This document shows positions 25,851 through 36,286 of a DNA stretch of 64,000 nt, one piece after another. The stretch's first letter is position 1. The number at the start of each line of letters is the position of its first letter. This DNA is from Octopus bimaculoides (lineage: Eukaryota). The translations under genes were made by a program, and so were the position numbers. The stretch covers positions 16,021,939-16,085,938 of the forward strand of contig NC_069001.1 of assembly GCF_001194135.2 (NCBI RefSeq). Reading direction: 5' to 3'. The notes below the pieces were generated by a model. That model saw only the letters and a list, made by a program, of their open reading frames with translations, was not told where the DNA came from and did no database searches.

Positions 25851-25942
25851 CATCTTACGATCGTTTCACAAAAGCGCTGTCCTAATAATGGAATCCTATA
25901 TTGATAAGCATTTATAGACAACTCTTCTGCTCTTCAGAGATA
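25851..25942 (-). ncRNA. Type I hammerhead ribozyme, intact core, minimal palindromic stem III
   Basis: - strand reads UAUCU-CUGAAGA-[stem II GCAGAAGAGUUGUCU/GGACAGCGCUUUUGU, 14 of 15 paired]-GAAA-C-GAUC-G-UA-AGAUG. Confidence 0.85.
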
Positions 25943-26347
25943 TAAAATTTTGAAGTTGTATAATTTATCGAATGGTATTTAAAAAAAAAATATGACGTAA
26001 TATTATAAAAAGGTGTTTGTTTGAAATATAAATCAAATATTAAAAATTGAAAATTACTGCTTTGCATTTTGGTAAGTACACCTTAGTATGAGACTTTAAT
26101 CCATATTTTCTTCCTTGGTTGGTCTTCTGTAATAATCCATAATAGCTATGTGTAAAATCCATTATATTATCTGCTTTTGATTTATGGTAAATAGACTTTA
26201 GTATGAGAATCTTGAAATTCATATATGCTTCTTTGGTCATTTTTCTGTAGTAATCCATTAATAATTGTATATAAAATTCATTACATTGTCTTGTATTCCG
26301 AATATAGTTCATAGACTTAAATAATATAATGTGAAATTATGTTTGAG

Positions 26348-27590
26348 ATTTCTTTATTGCCCACAAGGGGCCAACACAGAGGGGACAATACAACCTGATT
26401 TTGGGGTCAGATACACGAATGGGAATACACAAAAGATGACTTTTAAAAAGTTAACACAATATAAATGAACGAATGATGGGACTGACCGGAAGACATTACG
26501 GATGGAGTGGGAGGACGGGTTTAGCTCGGACCCCATGAGCCCCGCTTTGCCACTGATAACTGAGATAAGCCCTGTACCACGTTCAAGAGGTTACATCCAC
26601 TCACAACTTCCATGCTACATTCTTCCATCGATTCTTAAACATTTCTGCAGTCATGCATTTCCTCTATAGCTCTATTTTCCATTTAAGGTGGAAGGTGAAA
26701 TAATCCACCAGTGCAGAGCCAGAGATGAAAATGCCCGACTTTAAACCTTTCATTCTTGTTCTCCAAATTACCTCTCTCACAATTGCTACCACAGTGAGAA
26801 AACAAATCTTACCTTCTTTCGAGAGGAAATCAGGTGGGTCAATTTTTAGTATAGACTCAGTCGGTAGCTGTACTCTTCCTGTACCTGACAACAGTTGTTT
26901 AGCACATACCCACACATCCGACACCTCCGGACATTGTACAATAGCATGCGGAACGGTTTCCCTGTCCCGCTCGCATCTTGGACAAGACGAAGGGTTGGGG
27001 CCACCATGCCTTGCGAGTTCATCCCGAACAGGCAAGGCTCCCCAGTAACACTGCCATACCAGAGACTTCTGAAAGTTATCCAGGGTNNNNNNNNNNNNNN
27101 NNNNNNNNNNNNNNNNNNNNNNNNNNNNNNNNNNNNNNNNNNNNNNNNNNNNNNNNNNNNNNNNNNNNNNNNNNNNNNNNNNNNNNNNNNNNNNNNNNNN
27201 NNNNNNNNNNNNNNNNNNNNNNNNNNNNNNNNNNNNNNNNNNNNNNNNNNNNNNNNNNNNNNNNNNNNNNNNNNNNNNNNNNNNNNNNNNNNNNNNNNNN
27301 NNNNNNNNNNNNNNNNNNNNNCCGTCTCTCCAGCCCGATCAACCACGAATCAGGGCAAGGAACGACGGCCAGGCGGTAGGTGATGACCAATGCGACGGAC
27401 ACATTGGTCACCTCCACCCCCCACCCCCGGGACAGCCACCGCCAAGACCAGGTCCTGACTACGTGGGTCACCCTGCTCGATACCTCGGCCCAGCTCCTCT
27501 CCAGTTGGAGGTCCGGTCCAAACCAAACTCCTTGCAACTCAATCGGACCCTCCGTCCAACGTCCCACGACACTGTCAGGAGGCATAAATT
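26348..27590 (-). mobile_element. 5'-truncated Tx1/L1-clade LINE
   Basis: GC-rich; post-RT region (LQGVWFG...W) and CCHC knuckle CPRC..ETVPHAIVQC; 3' UTR ends in AATAAAG. Confidence 0.8.
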
Positions 27591-27684
27591 CAATAATAAT
27601 ACCAGACACCACAAATAATCATATCAATAGTAGACAATATTCATCTGAACAGAATATTGTCTACAATAGTAGACAGTATTCATC

Positions 27685-28120
27685 TGTAAAAATAAAAAAT
27701 TATGCCCTTTAAAAGGCAACTGTAGAAGATTTAACATAATATATGAATGTATAGTTACAATAATTAATAATGCACATAGTATGGTATATATAGGTAGTTC
27801 TGTAAATTTCAAACAAAGATTTGTAGCACACATACACTCCTTTAAACCGAATATAGCTACCAATACGACGTCATTAGCTACATATATACATAAACTTAAG
27901 AAAAACAAAGTTAACTATAAATTAGACTGGTCAATAATGGATTCAGCCACACCATACACGCATAAGTCTAATAGTTGCCGTCTCTGTATGAAGGAATGAC
28001 TATATATATTATTATATAAACATAAGAACCTAATAAATTGTCAATCAGAAGCACTTTCAACATGTAGACATAGGTTTTATAAAACCTTTAAATATTGTAG
28101 GAGATCTAATAAAGATTTAG
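27685..28120 (+). mobile_element. Penelope-like element, GIY-YIG endonuclease fragment
   Basis: Open frame CKNKKLCPLKGNCRRFNIIY...YIGSSVNFKQRF..H...CRLCMKE, then an in-frame stop and TCRH. Confidence 0.8.
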
Positions 28121-28654
28121 ATTAATGACTACATATGTTTTTTTTATATATCAAAATATAAGGTGATACTTACAAATAGATTGATAGATGAATTAATTAG
28201 GCTTATTTGACTATACTCACATTTACAAGACATAAATTATACATTAAATAAAGATTGAACTAATACTCTTGGAATTCGAACCCTTGCATATCTAATCTAT
28301 AACAAATGGACAGTTATAGTTGCATTAAATTTTAAAAGAAAAGAAAAAAAATGTTAATTGGTATCTTCCAATTATAAAACAAAAAACATAAAAGAAATAT
28401 TGTGACCAATTTATAATTTTATAACCTCAAACATAATTTTACATATGATTTCTTAGCGCCATGTTGTGTTATTTGGATATTTAACGAACGTTTTTTTATG
28501 GTGCTTTGGATTATTACATTCTTTGTGGAAAGTAAGTAACTATTATTGTATTGATATCTTCAAGAACTGTGTTATTGCTTTGTCTTAAAGCAAATTGTTA
28601 TTAATTCCCCCGTGCGGGGGAATTATTGTTGAACTGTATTTGTGGGGTGTAAAC

Positions 28655-30840
28655 TAGGGCTCGCAAAAAAACCGATAATTCCCAAAACTGAGTTTAAGTA
28701 CAAGTAATTCTCAAAACCGGGTTTTCGCGGATTTAGGGCGGTCTCCCTGTAACGAAGAAGTTTGTCATATATTGTATTTTGTTTATATACATACACAGAG
28801 AAATAGAGAAAGTAACAGTTTGACTGATATCCACAAATATGTTGGTGGAGCCTGTATCTGTATCTATGTACAAACAATAACAAAAAATAATGGTATTATA
28901 TTTATTTGATCAGGAATGCAACGTTTTTTCAAGTCGTTGTATTTCTGAGAATCAATCAAGTTTCTTGACTTGCTTGATGATTCATTTTCCTTCGAAAATA
29001 ATCTTTTAAAAAACACAATGCATTCAGTGTCTTACCTGAGAAACTTGTCCCAATTTTTGTGTTGAAAAGTCCAGTAATTGAAAAAGCTCTTTCCGACTGG
29101 ACACTAGTTGCTTTAGTTGTAAGCAATGCTCTATAAAGTTTCTCGAGCTTTTCACTTCTGTTCGAGGTTGCTTCAAAATATTCGAATTCTTTAGAGATTT
29201 CAAATCCATCTGTTACATTCTTGGGCTCTTCCTTCATTTTCTTCATTGCGCTTGCGTATTCACGCATGAGTTCGTTACCTTCGTAAGTAGATGGGACAAC
29301 AGTAACATTTGTTTTTAGGTCTCCTCCTATTTCATTTTCTTTGTATAATTCTGTTGTGTTCTCAGCGTCATGTTCAGGAAACAATCTCCTATATGTTTGT
29401 TCAGCATACTTCCTTAAATGTTCTTTCGTTAAAAAAAGAAAAGGTCCAGAAATTGATTCACCTTTAAACTTCCTTGGGTTATGTAAATACCTCAAGAGAG
29501 TCAAGATTTCAACATTTCTTCTCTTATTATATCTATGCATAAGTCTTTCGCGAAGATTTAGAGCCAAAGGGTTGCCGACGATATTAAGTTTATTCAATAA
29601 AAATTCTATAGAATGTTCCGCTTTCAGTAAATCCATATCATCAGCGCAAATAGCTTTCAAAATAATTTCGACTGACTGCAGAATTTAATATAGTAAATCT
29701 AGAGATTTCCATTCTTCGTCAGCCACGGCATCTGTGGAAAGTACTGCTCGTAGAGCATTTGGAATGCAGCTGTTCAATTTCAAAAATCTCTCAATCATAT
29801 GGAATGTGCTATTCCACCTAGTTCTGCAATAAGTTTATATTCTCTGTTATCGAAGTTCGCTCGTACAAAATATTGCAAAATTTCATTTTTTGTAGGAGAT
29901 TTACGGAAAAGTTTTGAAATTTTTCTTACCTTATTTAAAACTTTGTTAAATTCAAGTTTTAGCTGGGGAAAACAAACATTTTCGTGAGCCAAATCTGTTT
30001 GAAAAAGCATGTCCTGTTGGCTTATGTCAGCGTCATCATCACTATCGTCTGTTATAGCGATCTCTTCACTTTTGTTTTATCAGTCTCATCGGTTGAGGCA
30101 ATATTTTCAATATTTTTTTGATAGAGAATGTCGATCACAGACAGATGTATGCAATGTGTGAGACATTGTTGGTGATCAGGTCTTATTTCTTTTCCGAATT
30201 TCATCATCATAGAAGCACCATCCGTCGTACAGCCAACAATCTAAATTCACGAAGATGTCCTCTCACAAATTGCTCTGTTCTCCTGCTATTAAGGGAGCCG
30301 TGGATCTCAATAAGACCCAACGACCAATGATTGTCTTTCCCATGAACATTTATGTTCATATATCGTTTATTTTGAATTGATGTGTATTCATCCAATGTCA
30401 ATGAGTAGCGAATCCCCAGCACTACTTCTTTTTCAAAATAATGAATAAGTTCTTCTTTCTTAGTTATGTAATAATTCATTACCATATTCCTGACTCCGTT
30501 TGCAGATGTTGGTTGTAATTTATCACATTTGCCTCTCTGACTTTGAAGATTTCTCTGTATAAAATCGCTTTTGGCGATTGAATTGAAAGAGAATCTATCC
30601 ATAGCAGCTAACTTTGAAACTTCTTCTTCCATTGATTTCTTTGTTAAAAAGTGTTCCATTGTTCTTGTCATTTTGAGAGGAGGCTGGTTTGCATCTTGAT
30701 TTATGTTGATTTGATGAATTTTCTTCAAGTGCAAGACCAGAGGCGTAGTAGATCCTCCAGAAGACTTGATGATCTTATCACACTTATTGCATTGAGCTTC
30801 ATCTTTGTTTTTCCTATCAGAAACAAAATAGACCAGAGAA
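28655..30840 (-). mobile_element. hAT transposon, nearly complete frameshifted transposase, 5' end lost
   Basis: BED finger AQCNKCDKIIKSSGGSTTPLVLHLKKIH; SLTLDEYTS; TDGAS; CxxH; TRWNS; dimerisation motif ATSVQSERAFS; TAGGG terminus at 28655 with aaaaccg subterminal repeats. Confidence 0.9.
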
Positions 30841-30844
30841 TTGT

Positions 30845-31590
30845 ATCACTGGCGCAGACTATACAGATGATTTATGCTAACTATCTGACTCCCATGTCTG
30901 ATGCCCAGGCATTCCTAGCATGGCTTGAAAAAGCAGCCCAGGAGGCTGGGCTACACATGAATGCCAACAAGACTAAGGTGATGATTTTCAATGTCCCTGG
31001 AACTCTCAGATCATTCACTGGAGACGTGATAAAACTAGTCAAATATTTCATATATCTCAGTGCATGGTTATCCTCATCAGACAGAACATGAGACAAGGAA
31101 GAACCACGCTTGGAATGCCATCAGCAAACTAGGCAGGATTTGACAGTTATCACTCCTGAGAAGTCAAAAAGTCATGTTCTTCAAAGCAATGGTTGAAAGT
31201 ATGCTACTTTACAGGTTCAGAAGTGGGGCCCTAACAAAAACACTGCAGGAATGACTAGATGGATACTACACCTGCTTAACTTGACATGTACTGAATATCA
31301 AATAGCAACAGAGGGTGACCAATAAAGACCTCTACAGGGATCTTCCCCCGATATCAGAGGTGGTCAGATCCAGGAGACTCTATTTTGCTGGGCACTGGTA
31401 CTAGGCCAAGAATGAATGGATTAGGAATGTGTTACTCTGGGAAACAATGCATGGCAAAGGTCGACCAGCTACAACATATTTTGACAGACTGGTGATCCAG
31501 TGCGTCCTATCAGTCCTCAGGTTGAAGTCAGCAATAGAGGACAAGGACTATTGGAGGAACGTCTGTACAGATCAAGGGAACTCGATCTAG
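30845..31590 (+). mobile_element. RTE-clade LINE fragment (RT C-terminal half)
   Basis: GLHMNANKTKVM, FIYLSAW, MVESMLLY, GRPATTY motifs. Confidence 0.75.
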
Positions 31591-34105
31591 GAAGAAGAGA
31601 TTTTGATAGCTAACTGTTAATTTTTACAATGATATTATAGGGTTGGTATAAGAGGCCAGATCTGTCCAGTTTCAGCATAAAACTGGTTGAGTATTTTGGC
31701 CAGATATGGCCAATTTCAATGCTAAAATGTTAGTCATATTACAGCCACAACATAATCACTAAATATTTAAACCATTTCACAACTACGTCACAACCCCTAC
31801 ACAACCTCATTAGAACCAACTTCACTACACATATTTAGTATACCAAGGTGGAAAAATTGACTTAAAGGTGCAGACGTGGCTGTGTGGTCAGAAGCTTGCT
31901 TCCCAGCACATGAGTTCTGGGTTCAGTCCCACTGCATGGCACCTTGGGTAAGTGTCTGCTATAGCCTGAGGTCAACCAAAACTTTGTGAGTGGATTTGGT
32001 AGACGGAAACTGAATGAAGCTTGTCATATATATGTGTGTTTGTCCCCACACTGTGTGTGTGGGTTTTTGCATTTTCATTTGTCCTCCAATACTGCTTGAC
32101 AACCAGTGTTAGTGTGCTTAAGTCACTATGACTTAGCAATTCAGCAAAAAACATTGAAAGAGTAAGTACTAGGCTTCAAATATATGTCCTGGGGTTGATT
32201 TGTTTGACTAAAATCCTTCAAGGCACTGCCCCAGCATGGTCGCAGTTAAATGACTGAAACAAGTGAAAGATAAAAGGTAAAATAAAACAAAACGACCCCA
32301 ACAAAATATAAAAAGGAACTGTTTCTATCTGCTCCAGTAAAGAGATATATTTATGGGAAGGAAAGGTATTTCATTATTTATGGTATCCTGTTTGAGCCAT
32401 AAATTCAATTTAGTTAACGAGAGAATTATTTCTAATGAACGTAAACATTCTTGATTTTCCAGAATGTTCTTTTATTTCATGTGTGTTTTATTATTATTAA
32501 TGAGGTGGCAGAATTGTTAGTGTGTCAGACAAAATCCTTTGTGGCATTTCTTCAGATATTTTACATTCTGAGTTCATATCCTGCCAAATCTTTTACCCTT
32601 TATATTCAGTTATTATCCTTTATATTCAGTTATTAGACTGTAGCCATGCTGGAGCATTGCCTTCGAAATTTAGTCAAATGAATGTATCAACACCAGGACT
32701 TATTATTTTAAGCCTGGTTCTTATTTTGTTGGTCTCTTTTACCAAACTGCTAAGTTAACACCAGTACAGGGTGTCAAGTGGTGGTGGGATACAAACACAC
32801 CTGCACATATATACATACATGCATATATATATATATATATACGACAGGCTTCTTTCAGTTTCCATCTACCAAATCCACCCACAAGGCTTTAATCAGCCCA
32901 AGGCTATTTTAGAAGACACTTGCCCAGGGTGTCACACAATGGTACTCAACCCTGAACCATGTGATTGGAAAGCAAGCTTCTTACCACACAGCCACACCTG
33001 TGCCTATAGGTTGTTATTTTTTGTTTCGTGTATCTTTGGGTGAAGTGTGGTGATGTCTGTTAAATTGAATATAGTATATTACTGATACATTATTGAACCC
33101 CACTTCCCCAGAGGGGATGAATGGTAAAATAGCTTGAGTTCAGAATTTATAGGGTGGTAGTGATGATGATGATGGTGGTGGTTGTTGTACTGGTGGTGTT
33201 GATGGTGGTTATGATATTGTTGCTTAGTCCAAGGTTAGCTCTGATTGAGTGGGCCCATGAACAAAGGCACTCCAGCCTTGACTGTACTAACTTTTATCAC
33301 AACCATATTACAACAACATTTAGAATACACAGTGTATCTATGTCTACATTTTGCAATGTGCTCTTTTTGAAACAACAGACTCCCAGCTGTGATTTAAGGA
33401 TGATTTGGCTGTTGTTTCTAGCATGGATAGACATCAAAGTGAAGCTTCCTCGTGGTTTTGTGCAAATAGATGTAACTAACTATAGTGAAAATATTTTGTC
33501 TGGCACTCAACTGATTCTGCCTTTAGTGTGTATGTATTGACAGCAATAGTTAAAATTGGAATTACTCTCTTGATTTCAGTAGTCTAGAGACTCCAGGAAT
33601 GTGGGCAGCCATCATAACCAAGCAAAGAGGAAATGGTATGGAATCAGATATCAAAACGAAAGGAGGAAGAAAAAGAAGTATAAGATACAATATAGAGAGA
33701 TATCTAGAATATTCTCTGGAGGAAGTTAGAATGTAGGCAAGTAGAGCAGAAAAAGGGAAGCTGAAGTTCTTGAATCTTTTTCAATAATTTATCTGATGAT
33801 GAGAGAGAATTCCTTGGTATCATGGTTACTTATTCTTTTACAGTTTTCTTTCATTGGTCTGTGGCCATACTGGGGCACCACTTTCAAGAGTTTTAGTCAG
33901 TCATATTAACCTCAGGACTTATCTTTTACTGGTTTCAGTTATTGGGCTGTGACCATGCTAGGGCACACTGCCTTGAAGGGTTTAGTTGAACAAATCTACC
34001 CCAGTGCTTATTTTTAAGCCTGCTACTTATTCTATCAGACACTTTTGTTATGGAGATATAAACAAACTAATACTGGTTGTCAAAAGGTGGTTGGGGACAT
34101 CATAC

Positions 34106-34137
<32 letters not shown>

Positions 34138-34210
34138 GTATATGTTTGTGATGTCCCCGATCACATGCCAGCATGGAAGGTGGATGTTAAATAATGATGA
34201 TATATATATA

Positions 34211-35370
34211 TGTAGTGAAACTACCTCCCGCCATTAGATACAAACTACTATCGCCATTACATACATCTTCTCATTTAAATATAAATAAATGCGAGCGTAG
34301 TAGAGAACCCATTCCTTGTCCATCACGTGACTGATCATTATTCGAATCGGCAACTTCTTCGAACCGTTCCCGCCAGAACGCGAACTGACCAATCACGGCC
34401 CCTTATAAGGTCACGTGATGGAGTAAAATTCTAAAGGCATTTGGAGCCCTCTTAACGCTATATATAGATCAACTCATACCCAATAATTTGTCTCGGTCCA
34501 GTTTCTCTTTGAGAACTGTTCCGTGTACCACACNNNNNNNNNNNNNNNNNNNNNNNNNNNNNNNNNNNNNNNNNNNNNNNNNNNNNNNNNNNNNNNNNNN
34601 NNNNNNNNNNNNNNNNNNNNNNNNNNNNNNNNNNNNNNNNNNNNNNNNNNNNNNNNNNNNNNNNNNNNNNNNNNNNNNNNNNNNNNNNNNNNNNNNNNNN
34701 NNNNNNNNNNNNNNNNNNNNNNNNNNNNNNNNNNNNNNNNNNNNNNNNNNNNNNNNNNNNNNNNNNNNNNNNNNNNNNNNNNNNNNNNNNNNNNNNNNNN
34801 NNNNNNNNNNNNNNNNNNNNNNNNNNNNNNNNNNNNNNNNNNNNNNNNNNNNNNNNNNNNNNNNNNNNNNNNNNNNNNNNNNNNNNNNNNNNNNNNNNNN
34901 NNNNNNNNNNNNNNNNNNNNNNNNNNNNNNNNNNNNNNNNNNNNNNNNNNNNNNNNNNNNNNNNNNNNNNNNNNNNNNNNNNNNNNNNNNNNNNNNNNNN
35001 NNNNNNNNNNNNNNNNNNNNNNNNNNNNNNNNNNNNNNNNNNNNNNNNNNNNNNNNNNNNNNNNNNNNNNNNNNNNNNNNNNNNNNNNNNNNNNNNNNNN
35101 NNNNNNNNNNNNNNNNNNNNNNNNNNNNCATTCACACTCTCACACAGACATACATCTTTAACGCTACAATAAATATATCTGTTATTCATCTAATACGGTT
35201 GTGGTCTTTCATTACTGGTCATCTATGTTATCGTCGTATAACATATCATGTATATCATCCATTGATATATATATTTGTGAGTTCGACCGTGTGACGCGTT
35301 TAAATAAAAGGAGTCCTGTTTTTCCATTCGTCACCATATCTCCTTTTTTGAGTTCACACGGTCGTCCCTA

Positions 35371-35373
<3 letters not shown>
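34211..35373 (+). mobile_element. Probable solo LTR inserted in a (TA)n tract
   Basis: TGTAG...AACA ends; CpG-rich; CCAAT and TATA in the 5' part and AATAAA at ~35304; no internal ORF seen; centre is a gap. Confidence 0.65.
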
Positions 35374-35404
<31 letters not shown>

Positions 35405-35405
<1 letters not shown>

Positions 35406-36020
35406 CAGGGTATGATGGATAAATTGTCACTATTTTATATTTTTAATTTCATGTATGCACATTGTTTGTTTTTGATTTTGTCAACTACACAGTATAGTAG
35501 GGTTACAGTTACCATCTGTAAGAAACCCAACATCATGATGCAATTAATTCTGCCAGAAATTTGGAAACGTGCTGTACTGCTTGGCATTCACACTGGAAGC
35601 TCCAATACCAACATTTCAGTGTTTGGGTGTCAATCTGAGGACAGTGCATGTACCAACAGTGATAAATATCCAACTTCCAGTCAACATCATGGTGTTTGGA
35701 GTGATCACTAGTGAATGCAACGTTGTGCCTCCATTCATCTTCCCACATGTCCTCAGACTCAAGAAGGAGGCTGCTGGAAGGCCCTATGTCTGGCAGCAGG
35801 ACTCTGCACCATGCCACACAAGCAGGAGAACCCAGTCATGGCTGTCAGACCATATCACCCCTAACATCTGGCCACCTAACTCCCCGGACTGCAACCCCAC
35901 CTTGATCATTATGTGTAGAGCACAGCTGAGTGAGAGACCAGCAAAACTCCTTGTAACACCAAAGATGAACTGAAGGTTAGGATTATGGCAGCATTCATGA
36001 ACTTAAACAAAGAGGCTAAC
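35405..36020 (+). mobile_element. Tc1/mariner-superfamily (maT/DD37D-like) deleted element
   Basis: TA-cagggta terminus; peptide MVFGVITS...WQQDSAPCH...WPPNSPDCNP. Confidence 0.7.
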
Positions 36021-36070
36021 TAATGCCTTGTAAGTGGAGTTGGTAGACAAGAATTAAGAAGCCCATTGTA

Positions 36071-36286
36071 TAAGAGTGGACTGAAAAGTTCATTGATCAA
36101 CTATGAAGGAGTGATGCTAGAACTGTGAGATCTTGCATGCATTAATTTCAACTTTTCTTATTGATGACTGCATTATTTCTTTCCAGGTAAACTCACATTT
36201 GACTGTTCAGAGAAGACATCAAAAGTAACTAGAAGTGACTTCTCTTGAATATGGACAAAATTTGGCATTGTGGTGTTAAGTACCTG
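36071..36286 (+). mobile_element. 5' end of another mariner-like element
   Basis: TA plus TIR-like taagagtggactgaaaagttcat, and a start MDKIWHCGVKYL at 36251. Confidence 0.5.
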
